A DNA stretch of 63,119 nt, filler included, from Octopus bimaculoides (taxonomy: Eukaryota): the NCBI RefSeq assembly GCF_001194135.2. It is 8 parts of 7 records of this genome, joined end to end, with 100 filler letters (N's around TTAATTAATTAA, not from the genome) between each part and the next. Parts side by side here need not be neighbours in the genome. Positions count along the whole stretch, not along the records: positions 33,216 to 38,793 come from NW_026419248.1; positions 38,894 to 45,452 come from NC_069005.1; positions 45,553 to 60,304 come from NC_068982.1; 5 more parts are not named here. One strand, 5' to 3'. Under the pieces are notes generated by a model. That model saw only the letters and a list, made by a program, of their open reading frames with translations, was not told the DNA's origin and did no database searches. The first letter of the stretch is position 1; the number at the start of each line of letters is the position of its first letter. Shown here piece by piece: positions 36,293 through 49,314 of this stretch. The position numbers were made by a program, and so were the translations under genes.

Positions 36293-37370
36293 CTGAAAAA
36301 AAAAGAGGAAAAGGGAAAAGGTAAATAAAATAATTANNNNNNNNNNNNNNNNNNNNNNNNNNNNNNNNNNNNNNNNNNNNNNNNNNNNNNNNNNNNNNNN
36401 NNNNNNNNNNNNNNNNNNNNNNNNNNNNNNNNNNNNNNNNNNNNNNNNNNNNNNNNNNNNNNNNNNNNNNNNNNNNNNNNNNNNNNNNNNNNNNNNNNNN
36501 NNNNNNNNNNNNNNNNNNNNNNNNNNNNNNNNNNNNNNNNNNNNNNNNNNNNNNNNNNNNNNNNNNNNNNNNNNNNNNNNNNNNNNNNNNNNNNNNNNNN
36601 NNAGTATCTTTTGTCAAACTGCTAAGTTACAGGACCATAAACAACCAACACCAGTTGTCAAGTAGTGTTGGGGGACAAATACACACACACACACACACAC
36701 GCAACAAGCTTCTTTCAGTTTCCATCCACCAAATCCGCCCACAAGGTTTCCTGTCCCGTTTCGATTGGAGCCTCCAGCTGTATGAAGATTTCACCCTCCT
36801 CTGTCACATACACGCACGCACGCAGGTTGTTTTAATCGATTTTCTCTGTAAGTATGGGGGTTAGGAAAAAAATAGAAAGCGCGTTCCAATCTATGCAGCC
36901 GTCTCCACATGTGTGCCATTTTTCACGCGAATCCACCCAGCTGTTTGGCCGTGAACCTCAAGACAAGAAAGAATGCAACAGTCGGCCAACTTCAATTTAT
37001 ATTATAGATATTCCACACAATGCTTTATACTAACTATTCCAATATACGTATGTATGTATACATATTCAGTATATTTATTTGAGGTGATGACAAAGCTTAG
37101 AGGTGTGCAAGAAATAACAGTCAAATCCTCTTTCCAATTATAACTAATTGTACTTTTGAAAAATCAAAAAAGGAATACAAAGGACATATCCAATAATGGG
37201 AACTGGAAATATAAGTTGGAATACTCTTTTACTCTTTTACTTGTTTCAGTCATTTGACTGTGGCCATGCTGGAGCACTGCCTTTAGTCGAGCAAATCAAC
37301 CCCCCCCCTCGGGGACGTAAATACACCAGCATCGGTTGTCAAGCGATGGTGGGGGGACAAACACACAAAC

Positions 37371-37401
<31 letters not shown>

Positions 37402-37770
37402 CGACGGGCTTCTTTCAGTTTCCGTCTACCAAATCCACTCACAAGGCTTTGGTCGGCCCGAGGCTATAGTAGAAGACACTTGCCTGAGGTGCAACGCAGT
37501 GGGACTGAACCCGGAACCATGTGGTTGGTGAGCAAGCTACTTACCACACAGCCACTCCCGCGCCTATGGTCGTGGTTAGAACACTTTTGATCATTAATCT
37601 ATTTCTGCTGGACCAGGTTCTTGTCTGGGGCTACACAGCAGCAGCAACAACCACATCGCCAGCTCCACCACGACTCCCCCCCACACTTTAATAGCATCCA
37701 TCCATCATTTGAAGATGGCAAGCCAGGAACCAACTTGTTAATCAACAGCAGATGCTTTTACACTTTATTA

Positions 37771-37814
<44 letters not shown>

Positions 37815-38053
37815 TTCATACATACATACACACAAATATATATACATCCATACAAAAAATACATACACATATACATACATCCATACATACATACGCACAC
37901 ACATATATATACACATCTATACATACACACACACACACACATGTGCAAACATATAGATGTTTCCACACGCTCTTACACACACATATATACACTTACTCAT
38001 ATCAGCAGTCAGGCATGCACACACGTATACGTGTACTTACTCATACACACACA

Positions 38054-38093
<40 letters not shown>

Positions 38094-38228
38094 TATACAC
38101 ACAGAGAAACGTACATATACACACATGCACATATATATATATATACTTACTCATAAACACACACACAAACACATGTACGTTCTCACACACACACATATAC
38201 TTACTCATACGCGCACACCTAAATACAT

Positions 38229-38283
<55 letters not shown>

Positions 38284-39654
38284 AACACATAGAAACACAC
38301 ATGTACATATACACACACAAACACACAATACATATATACAGTCACACATATAGGAAATATACATCATCATCATCATCATCATCATCATCGTTTAACGTCC
38401 GCTTTCCATGCTAGCATGGGTTGGACGATTTGACTTAGGTTTGGCGAACCAGATGGCTACACCAGGCTCCAATCTGATCTNNNNNNNNNNGACGATTTGA
38501 CTTAGGTTTGGCGAACCAGATGGCTACACCAGGCTCCAATCTGATCTGGCAGAGTTTCTACAGCTGGATGCCCTTCCTAACACCAACCACTCTGAGAGTG
38601 TAATGGGTGCTTTTTACATGCCGCTGGCACGGAAGCCAGTCAGGTTACACCAGGCTCCAATCTGATTTGGCAGAGTTTCTACAGCTGGATGCCCTTCCTA
38701 ACACCAACCACTCTGAGAGCGTAGTGGGTGCTTTTACCTGTCACCCGCATGAAGGCCAGTCAGGCGGTACTGGCAACGGCCACGCTCATCTCGNNNNNNN
38801 NNNNNNNNNNNNNNNNNNNNNNNNNNNNNNNNNNNNNTTAATTAATTAANNNNNNNNNNNNNNNNNNNNNNNNNNNNNNNNNNNNNNNNNNNNAACAAAT
38901 CCGCCTGTCCCTCCCCTACCCCCCTCCAAAAAAGAATTAGGCCTGTGTAACACAATTTTTGTCCTTGAATACCAACTGTCATTTCCTATTTGCTGACCCC
39001 TGAGGAAGTATAAAAAAAGGGCTAATATTTCGTTCAAACTTTGCTTTTGTTACAGTCATTCAAACCCCAAAGAATCCCTCTCCTCAACACATGGCTATGA
39101 TGCTCCCCCACTACTCCTGCTCATGATCAGAGATGCACATATTGTCAGCCACTAAGGGACATGCTCAAATGGTTACGGCCAAGCAACTGACAAGCAATTC
39201 TGTGGTATTGAACAGAATATTTGCTATAACGATATTTCTGCTTTAGCAACTCGGCATTGAATCTATCTGAAATGTAATGGAAAATAGGTGAGTTTTAAAA
39301 CATTGACGTCCAGGTCATGAAAGCAAAGTTTGAAAGGACTAGCGGTCATTTCCTTTCATTTCTAGACAGAAGCAAATAGGAAATAACTCTTATTGACCAA
39401 AGACAACAAATAAATCTGTGGTATTGAGCAGAATATTTGATATAACTGTATTTCTGTATCAGTAACTCAGCACTGAATCTGTCTGAAATGTAATGGGGGA
39501 AAATAGATCAGTTTCAAAACATTGATGTCCAAATCACAAAATAAAGTTTGACTGGAACAGCAGTCATTTCCTTTGATATCTCGGTAGAATAGGAAATAAC
39601 ACTTACTGACCAAAGACAGAAAAACAAAAAAGAGTTTGTTACACAATGGAATTA

Positions 39655-40960
39655 TTATTATTAAGGCTGTGAGCTGAGGGAATCCTTACTGTTCCAGGCA
39701 AAATTTCTTCCAGCTTTTTTGACATTTTGAGTTCACGTTACTGAAATCAACTTTGCTTTTGGGGATTAATAACATAAGTGCTGGTCAAGTACTGGGGTTG
39801 ATTACTTTGACCAGTTACCTTCTCCTTAGCCTTGTGCCAAAATTTGAGACCATTATTATTATAAGGTGGCAAGCTGACAGAATCCTTAGTAACTCAGAAT
39901 AAATGCTTAGCGGCTCCACCAAGGTCGATGAATAAGTACCAGTTGAGTACTGGGGTCAATGTAATCAACTGGCCTTGTTCCTGTTATAGAAAAATCATGA
40001 TTCTTTTCTACTCTAGGCACAGGGCCCGAAATTTTTGGAGAGGGGACCAGTCGATTAGATCGATCCCAGTATGCAACTGGTACTTAATTTATCGACCCCG
40101 AAGGCAAAGTCAACCTCGGCGGAATTTGAACTCAGAATGTAAAGACAGATGAAATACTGCGAAGCATTTTGCGTGGCATGCTAACGTTTTTGCCAGCTTG
40201 ACCCCTAATTATTATTATTAAGGTAGCAAAAAAGGCAGTGAGTTGGCAGAATCGTTAGCACACTGGACGAAACGCTTAGTGGTATTTCGCCCGTCGCTAC
40301 ATTCTGAGGCCAACTTTACCTTTCCTCTTTTCAGGGTCAGTAAATTAAGTACCAGTGAAACACTGGGGTTGATATAATCAACTAGTTTGCACTGCCACAA
40401 ATTTGAGGCCTTGGTGCCTCCAGTAGAAAGGATTAAGGTAGCAATGCTGGTTGAATCATTAGCAACTTGGACAATGTGTTTGATGACAGTTCTGCTGGCT
40501 TTTTGAAATCTGAGTTCAAATTCTGCCATGGATGACTTTCACCGTTTTGGGCTCAATATAATCGACTAGCCCCGTCCCCTAAAATTTCAGGCTTTGTGTC
40601 TATAGTAGAAAGGATTGTTGTTGTCGACATCCATCAGATTCAAATTCTACTAAGTTTTTTTTTTTCCCCCCCTTTTTCATCCCCTCGCCCCACACACACA
40701 CTACATTTAGGGCCTCGTGCCTCTGATCTGATAGAAGCTGTGATGGTGGTGGTTGTTAACGGCCTTGGATTAAGAGAATCATTAGTGTGTTGGACAAAAG
40801 GCCTTACATTTGCAGATTTTTTAAACTTTCAGGCCTGGGTTCAAATCCTGCCAAGGACAGCAACCGTCTTTCATTCAGCCCAAAGAGATGATGATGGTGG
40901 TGGTGGAGGGTGGGGAGGCCCAATAAAATGGAGTACCAGTCAAGTACTGAGGTCAATGNN
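39655..40960. mobile_element. Dense cluster of about seven copies of the tRNA-derived SINE in both orientations
   Basis: Heads at ~39662, ~39862, ~40236, ~40436 (+) and a minus-strand copy ~39995-40205; further degraded copies to 40958; another at ~43640-43830. Confidence 0.8.
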
Positions 40961-43900
40961 NNNNNNNNNNNNNNNNNNNNNNNNNNNNNNNNNNNNNNNN
41001 NNNNNNNNNNNNNNNNNNNNNNNNNNNNNNNNNNNNNNNNNNNNNNNNNNNNNNNNNNNNNNNNNNNNNNNNNNNNNNNNNNNNNNNNNNNNNNNNNNNN
41101 NNNNNNNNNNNNNNNNNNNNNNNNNNNNNNNNNNNNNNNNNNNNNNNNNNNNNNNNNNNNNNNNNNNNNNNNNNNNNNNNNNNNNNNNNNNNNNNNNNNN
41201 NNNNNNNNNNNNNNNNNNNNNNNNNNNNNNNNNNNNNNNNNNNNNNNNNNNNNNNNNNNNNNNNNNNNNNNNNNNNNNNNNNNNNNNNNNNNNNNNNNNN
41301 NNNNNNNNNNNNNNNNNNNNNNNNNNNNNNNNNNNNNNNTTATATTTTTTTTTCCTCATTGCTGTTTTTGTTGTTGTTGTTGTTGCTGTTACTATTATTA
41401 TTATTATTACAATTTATTGTGGATCTTAATTTCAATATTACCAGTTTTTTAAAAAAAATTCTTTTGTTGTTGTTGTTGTTGTTTCTCCCACTTGTTTTTA
41501 TTTCTTTTTTACTCTTTATTTATTTATATGCAACTCCTCAACTTCCATCTACAAGTTCCTCCTTCCTTACACACACACACATATATATACATATACACAC
41601 ATCATCAAGATAGCCCCCCCCCCACTAAGTGATTGCTTAGATATGCTAGAAAGTACAGCCAAATCTCTCCTCCAAATCTCACCCACCCCTCACAATGGTT
41701 ACACAAGAAAGGGTGCATAATTCTGCATATGCTATGTCTGTAAATCAAACAGAAAGAAAAATGTAGCGTTGGGAATGTCTTCGATCATAAGGTCCACTGG
41801 ATCACGACTGAAATGGGGCTAACCTACTACTACCACTACTATTACTACTAATACTACTACTGCTGCTGCTGCTATAGAATAGTGCTTGGAAAAGGAGAAA
41901 TAGGGTTTGCTGGGTTTAGAATAACTGCAAGAATTGAGTGTGGCATTGATGGTTGAGGGGCTGGAGTGTGCCATATCTGTGTGCACTTTGGCTGGGTGTG
42001 GCACTTGGAACATTGGGAAGGTTACTATTATGTTGGGAACGCCGTGGCAGACTGTTAGAAACCTGTGTGCGCATACGTGTGTGTGTGTGTGTGTGTGTTG
42101 GTAAATGGAGACCGGGAAGCATAGGGCCTGGACAGATCCTTTTTTTTTTGAAAAAATTACAGGGGGTCGAGCCAAACAATCAGCTTTCATTCAGCTGTTA
42201 CTTCCCCTCCCCCTCCTCCCGACTGACGGACGGACGGACAGATGGACCCATAACCAACACACGCGCACATACACCCCCCGCCCCCCACCACACTGCTTTT
42301 TTTTTTAGAGAGACGTCAACATGAANNNNNNNNNNNNNNNNNNNNNNNNNNNNNNNNNNNNNNNNNNNNNNNNNNNNNNNNNNNNNNNNNNNNNNNNNNN
42401 NNNNNNNNNNNNNNNNNNNNNNNNNNNNNNNNNNNNNNNNNNNNNNNNNNNNNNNNNNNNNNNNNNNNNNNNNNNNNNNNNNNNNNNNNNNNNNNNNNNN
42501 NNNNNNNNNNNNNNNNNNNNNNNNNNNNNNNNNNNNNNNNNNNNNNNNNNNNNNNNNNNNNNNNNNNNNNNNNNNNNNNNNNNNNNNNNNNNNNNNNNNN
42601 NNNNNNNNNNNNNNNNNNNNNNNNNNNNNNNNNNNNNNNNNNNNNNNNNNNNNNNNNNNNNNNNNNNNNNNNNNNNNNNNNNNNNNNNNNNNNNNNNNNN
42701 NNNNNNNNNNNNNNNNNNNNNNNNNNNNNNNNNNNNNNNNNNNNNNNNNNNNNNNNNNNNNNNNNNNNNNNNNNNNNNNNNNNNNNNNNNNNNNNNNNNN
42801 NNNNNNNNNNNNNNNNNNNNNNNNNNNNNNNNNNNNNNNNNNNNNNNNNNNNNNNNNNNNNNNNNNNNNNNNNNNNNNNNNNNNNNNNNNNNNNNNNNNN
42901 NNNNNNNNNNNNNNNNNNNNNNNNNNTGTATATATATGTATGTATATATGTGTGTATATATATATATATGTATGTATATATATATCTTTATATGTATATA
43001 TATGTATGTGTATATGTGTGTGTATATATATGTATGTATATATGTATATATATATATATGAATCTTTTTACTAAAAGAAACTTTTTATAGTATTTTGTTT
43101 CCCCCCTCCCCCCATTCCCCAAGTTGGTCTTCCCTTTCTCTCTCTCTCTCCACTCTCTCTCTCCCCAAACATGCTTGCCTTGTTTTAATTTTTTTTTTTT
43201 TTTTTTTTAATTATAAATATAATCTCTCAAATGTTTGACTTTATAAGAGTCCTTCCGCCACCAGTTTTGTTTGGATAGGATCACACACACACAGAAACGG
43301 AGAGACACTCATACATAGAACTCTGTGGCCCCCGTCTACGAGTCACAGGAGTATGGTGTGGACTATGTGTGGGTTGCTCTGTTTGCTAGAAACAGCAACC
43401 AAATCCCCTTCGAATCATGCCCAACCTAGCACTAGCACTTTAAAGATAGAACATGCTGCGTAATGTTTTAGCTCTAGATCCATTAGAGCCCCAGGGTGGG
43501 GAAAATGGGATGGTCATGATTGGAAGCACCTTTACATTATAGCTTTCTGCTTTACTTGATTGATGGAGTATTGAACAACTGCAACACAAAAAAAACAAGG
43601 AGGGAAACTCTGTCTCCTTTTAGGGAAATAAAAGTCCCATCGTTAGAATCAGTAGAGCACCAGAGAAAATGATTGGTGTCTTCAGTTATGTCCCTCTACT
43701 GGGTTCAAATCCTGCCAAGGTCTACTTAACTTTTCATCCTAATTGGGGTCAATTAAATAAAGCACCTCATAAGAGTAAGACCGACTGACCCCTCTCTCTC
43801 TCCCAAATCTATGACCCTTGGGGTTATGTTATTATTTACAAACCCTAGCTGAATACGATGGAAACGAGCAAAGCATTAGTCTTTAAATGGCAGATATCAA

Positions 43901-44293
43901 TTGATGATACGTTTGTACAATGCAGGAATCTCAAATGAATTTATGCTCATGGCAGATGCAAAGGAAAATGACTATTTTAATAACACTTAATTATTGTGCA
44001 ACAGACTAACGATTATTATAGTTTTTGTACTTATGTAAAGTGAAAATAAGTTTTTAAAAATTTCCCTTAAGAAGAGGAAGTTTTTTCGTTTTTTCCCCCA
44101 TTTGGCACATGCATTCATGGAACGCTTTCCTGCCATTTCAGGATTAATGTGGGGTCCACTCAACTGTGTAGTGTCTACTTTCAGCATTTTCTGTTCAAAT
44201 AGTGCTAGATGCATCATTTACCATTTACGTTTCCAGTGCCAGCAAAAGGGCGGGTGGAATAGGATTAGTAACATACTGGATGGCAGTTTAGCT

Positions 44294-44466
44294 GTTAACC
44301 TCTTACAGAAAAAGAGACAAAAAAAAGAAAATTGGTAATTGCTTATTTCTAAAATGTTCTCATTGTAGAGTAGACGTGTGAGGTTGGATGGATGTGGCCA
44401 GTTTGAACACAAAACAGATTGAATATTGGAGCCAGATGGGGCTGGTTCAAATTACTAAAGGGTTAA
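44294..44466. mobile_element. MITE-like element with TTAACC..GGTTAA termini
   Basis: Right end CTAAAGGGTTAA, left end GTTAACC; interior has TGGCCAGTTTGAAC, similar to octopus-type repeats. Confidence 0.45.
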
Positions 44467-45085
44467 ATTTGTTTAGCTTATCAAATTAAATTAAAATATA
44501 TTAAAAGCGAAAAAGGGAACAGTTCATGTCATAGACTTGTTAAAAAACAAATCTTTTGCACCGAGCCACTTAAGACCACCACTCCTGGTTATATATGATC
44601 TTCATGCTTTTTTCTAGCTTAATTAAGGCAAGGTTATTTTAAGTTCTTTGTTGTTTGTGGAATTAATTGAAACAAAAGGTAGCGTATTTCAACGGAAATT
44701 ATTCTTAAGAAAAGGGGTTAAATCTGGCAATCCCGTTCTGATAGTGCTGGACAATCACACTTAAACAATTCCAAACTCCTGAAACTATTAATTTGTCAAA
44801 GACTGGAGGACACCATGAGCAAGATTAAATAATAAAAGAGGAAACACCAGTGCAACATTGACAAACAACCCTCTTGCCAGCAAACAAACCTCAACTTTTA
44901 ATTTCCTCACAACACTCTCTCTCTCTCTGCATTGAAAGGTAGGCAATTTGAAGTTGTCTCCCTTGTGATCTATATTTTAGCAGTGATCCATGCTTTAGCT
45001 TCCTTTTTTTAATCTATGCAGAGGGTGAGTCTGGGACAATCTAGTTGCATGAATTGTCAGTAGTTTTTTATTATTATTATTATTT

Positions 45086-45310
45086 AAGGCAGCGAGCTGG
45101 CAGAAGTGTTAGCACGCCAGGCAAAATGCTTAGCGGTATTTTGTCCGCTTTTGCATTCTGAGTTCAAATTCCACTGAGGTCGACTTTTGCCTTTCATCCT
45201 TTCGGGGGTCGATAAATTAAGTACCAGTGAAACGCTGGGGTTCGATGTAATCAACTAGTCCTCTCCCGCAAAATTTTAGGCCTTTTACTAAAGTAAAAAG
45301 AATTATTATC
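45086..45310 (+). mobile_element. tRNA-derived SINE inserted in (ATT)n
   Basis: Full-length copy flanked by ATT runs on both sides. Confidence 0.9.
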
Positions 45311-45552
45311 ATTATTATTATTTTGCTTCACCATAATGCATCTTGATCAATGAAAATTAAGTGGATCATATTTATGTTAATAATGTTTCTTTAGCTATTA
45401 CTTACGTCTCATCCTTTTTTTTGCCCCCTTTTTTAATGCCTCCTCTCCTTTCNNNNNNNNNNNNNNNNNNNNNNNNNNNNNNNNNNNNNNNNNNNNTTAA
45501 TTAATTAANNNNNNNNNNNNNNNNNNNNNNNNNNNNNNNNNNNNNNNNNNNN

Positions 45553-46377
45553 GATGTGTAAACAACAAACAGATGTATTAGTTTAACGCTCGGAGAGTGA
45601 GAAAGTCTTTTACGTTTCGAGCCTACGCTCTTCGACAGAAAGGAACACAGAAATAAACAGGGAGAAAAATAGAAAAAGTTTCAGTGGCTAGCGATCTATC
45701 ATGGCGAATGCCGGACGGAGGGGCCACACAGGAGAGCTGGGAAGAAGGGAAGATAATAAAGTGGTGGTGATCCCAAAATGAAGGTTTGCGTGTGTATGTG
45801 AGAGCGTGTATGTGCGTGTGGAAGGGGGATAGTGACATTGACCTGTGCGTGTGTGCATGTGTAGGTGTGTGGAAGATGGTGTGGGTGCTGGGAAATGGTC
45901 AGTGCTAGTGTGTGCGGGGAGGTGTGATGTGGTATGATGTGGTATGGTAGTGTGTGGTGTGATGGTGTGTGGTGTAGTGGTGTGGTGGGGTGGGGTGGAG
46001 TGTGATGTGGCGTGGTGGTGTGGGGGTGTGGGAGAGGTGAGAGTGGGGTGTGGGAGAGGTGAGAGTGGGGATGTGGGAGAGGTGAGAGTGGGGGAAGCAA
46101 GTGTGGGGTCTAAGGGATAGGATGGGGTGAGATGGGATGTATAGGGATGGTGGTGTTGGAATGTGTAGGGGTGGGGTTACGTGGAAGGGGATGACGATGA
46201 AGGGAGAGGATGGAAGGGAAAAGGTGGGTAGGAGTGAAGGGAGGAAGTAGGTGCTAGAGCAAGAGAAGAGAGGTGGGTGGTAGGAAGAGAGGAGAGAGGA
46301 AGAGAGGAGAGAGGAAGAGAGGAGAGAGGAAGAGAGGAGAGAGGAAGAGAGGAGAGAGGAAGAGAGGAGAGTGGAGC

Positions 46378-46380
<3 letters not shown>
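45553..46380 (-). mobile_element. Penelope-like terminal region with variant minimal hammerhead (45607-45642) and GT/GA-rich low-complexity tract
   Basis: Minus strand CTTT-CTGTCGA-A-GAGC(gtag)GCTC-GAAAC-GTA-AAAG; adjacent degenerate (GTGTG/GGAGA)n and (GAGAGGAAGA)n arrays. Confidence 0.6.
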
Positions 46381-46413
<33 letters not shown>

Positions 46414-46420
46414 CGGTGAA

Positions 46421-46792
46421 GGACTGCCACATTCTGTTGGCCTATTCACCTTACTATTCGGTACTGTTACTGTATATCTCTCACTCAGAGATTTAAAACA
46501 AGTTGTTTTTCTCTATACGACATCAGCGACTGTGAGTCGCTTAAAGAATATATAGAATTTGCGAGTGGAGAGAAATTCCGTCACTAGCTTGTTGACTGAG
46601 ACTGAGGACGGGTAACTACCCATAAACCTAGGTCTGTGAGTATCACGTAATGCTGGAGATAGAAGCGATAACCTCCCTTGAAAATGCCATATGGACATCA
46701 ACTGTGTGTTGATAGCCAGGTGGAAAAAATGTTTTCCTGGGACTAAAACAACAGTAACATCGTCCTTTATGGGACTGCCACATTTTGTTGGC
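46421..46792 (+). mobile_element. 351-bp hammerhead-bearing element with 21-bp terminal direct repeats, in (TA)n
   Basis: GGACTGCCACATT(C/T)TGTTGGC at 46421 and 46772; CTGAGGA-C-GGGTA(ac)TACCC-A-TAAAC-CTAG-GTC at 46602-46634; homologous to 3490-3800. Confidence 0.7.
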
Positions 46793-46830
46793 ATATAAAT
46801 ATTACTATGTACATATATATATATATATAT

Positions 46831-47179
46831 GGAGGCGCAATGGCCCAGTGGTTAGGGCAGCGGACTCGCGGTTATAGGATCGCGGTTTCGATTCCCAGAC
46901 CGAGTGTTGTCAGTGTTTATTGAGCGAAAACACCTAAAGCTCCACGAGGCTCCGGCAGGGGATGGTGGCGAAACCTGCTGTACTCTTTCACCACAACTTT
47001 CTCTCGCTCTTACATCCTGTTTCTGTTACGCCTGTAATTCAAAGGGTCAGCTTTGTCACACTGTGTCACGCTGAATCTCCCCGAGAACTACGTTAAGGGT
47101 ACACGTGTCTGTGGAGTGCTCAGCCACTTGCACGTTAATTTCACGAGCAGGCTGTTCCGTTGATTGGATCAACTGGAAC
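46831..47179 (+). mobile_element. tRNA-derived SINE (same family as 29428)
   Basis: GGAGGCGCAATGGCCCAGTGGTTAG..GGTTTCGATTCCC head followed by non-tRNA body. Confidence 0.9.
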
Positions 47180-47190
47180 NNNNNNNNNNT

Positions 47191-47225
<35 letters not shown>

Positions 47226-47942
47226 CACACATATATGTATGGATGTGTGTGTGTCTGCGTGCGCTCGTGAGTGTGTGTGTGTGTGTGCATGTATTGATGT
47301 AGGTATTTGCATTGAATATGTGCGTATGTGTACAGACATACCTTGACAGATTCCATGCAGAAATAGGTCCATTATTTTTTCATCAAGCCTCCTTTCTATA
47401 GCCATTAGTATACATTGTTTCTGCATTTACATAACCATTATATCACTTCAATAACTCGACGCAATCTGTCAAATTAGCCACACAGCTTGTCGGCTTTATC
47501 AGTCACTCTATCTACCTGTCTGTCCACATACCTATATCTCCATCTCTTTTATGTCTGTCTCTCTATTTGTCTATCTGCCATATGTCTATCTGTCTATCTA
47601 CCTATCTATCTACCTATATATCTATCTGTTTTTCTGTCTGTCTATCCGTCTGTCTACCCGCCTATCAATCTATTTTACACAAACATAGGCTCACACCCAA
47701 ATACAAACAAATGGGTGGATACATGCACAAATACACACTTGCACAAATACACACTTGCACAAATACACAAATATACACACGCAGACACAGACACACACAC
47801 ACAACACAAACGCACGCACACACGCACACACACATACAAACAAACATACATACTTACACACATACACAAACACCACAAATACACGCATGCATACACACAC
47901 CAAACATCACACCAAACATACACGCATGCACATTCACATGCT

Positions 47943-47973
<31 letters not shown>

Positions 47974-48329
47974 TCAAGGGGTTTTAAATTGTCATTTGTC
48001 ATGCAATTTACCTCATATTCGTTTCAAAAGAAATTCTGCTTATCTATGAAGTGACGTGGATTGTCTATGTGCGAGTGCTTTATGTGTGTATTTGTGTGTG
48101 TGTGTCGCGCGCGCCTACTTTGTGAGTGCATGTATGTCTGTGCGCATGCGAGCTTTGTGTGTGTGCATGTGCTTCTGCGTGTGTGTGCGTGTGTGTATGT
48201 ATATGCCTGTGTGTGTGTATATATATGTGTTTGTGTTTATGTATATATGAATATATATATATACACATATGCATATATATATATACATATGCATATATGC
48301 GTGTGTGCGTGTGTGTGTGTATGTGTACA

Positions 48330-48369
<40 letters not shown>

Positions 48370-49314
48370 NNNNNNNNNNNNNNNNNNNNNNNNNNNNNNN
48401 NNNNNNNNNNNNNNNNNNNNNNNNNNNNNNNNNNNNNNNNNNNNNNNNNNNNNNNNNNNNNNNNNNNNNNNNNNNNNNNNNNNNNNNNNNNNNNNNNNNN
48501 NNNNNNNNNNNNNNNNNNNNNNNNNNNNNNNNNNNNNNNNNNNNNNNNNNNNNNNNNNNNNNNNNNNNNNNNNNNNNNNNNNNNNNNNNNNNNNNNNNNN
48601 NNNNNNNNNNNNNNNNNNNNNNNNNNNNNNNNNNNNNNNNNNNNNNNNNNNNNNNNNNNNNNNNNNNNNNNNNNNNNNNNNNNNNNNNNNNNNNNNNNNN
48701 NNNNNNNNNNNNNNNNNNNNNNNNNNNNNNNNNNNNNNNNNNNNNNNNNNNNNNNNNNNNNNNNNNNNNNNNNNNNNNNNNNNNNNNNNNNNNNNNNNNN
48801 NNNNNNNNNNNNNNNNNNNNNNNNNNNNNNNNNNNNNNNNNNNNNNNNNNNNNNNNNNNNNNNNNNNNNNNNNNNNNNNNNNNNNNNNNNNNNNNNNNNN
48901 NNNNNNNNNNNNNNNNNNNNNNNNNNNNNNNNNNNNNNNNNNNNNNNNNNNNNNNNNNNNNNNNNNNNNNNNNNNNNNNNNNNNNNNNNNNNNNNNNNNN
49001 NNNNNNNNNNNNNNNNNNNNNNNNNNNNNNNNNNNNNNNNNNNNNNNNNNNNNNNNNNNNNNNNNNNNNNNNNNNNNNNNNNNNNNNNNNNNNNNNNNNN
49101 NNNNNNNNNNNNNNNNNNNNNNNNNNNNNNNNNNNNNNNNNNNNNNNNNNNNNNNNNNNNNNNNNNNNNNNNNNNNNNNNNNNNNNNNNNNNNNNNNNNN
49201 NNNNNNNNNNNNNNNNNNNNNNNNNNNNNNNNNNNNNNNNNNNNNNNNNNNNNNNNNNNNNNNNNNNNNNNNNNNNNNNNNNNNNNNNNNNNNNNNNNNN
49301 NNNNNNNNNNNNNN

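Noticed and set aside
38424-38547. Exact 57-bp duplication around a 10-N gap
   Set aside because: Identical sequence on both sides of a minimal gap indicates unmerged contig overlap.
46831-46900. tRNA gene (also 29428 and the other SINE heads)
   Set aside because: A/B boxes are present but there is no complete cloverleaf or T-run terminator; sequence continues into a repeated SINE body.
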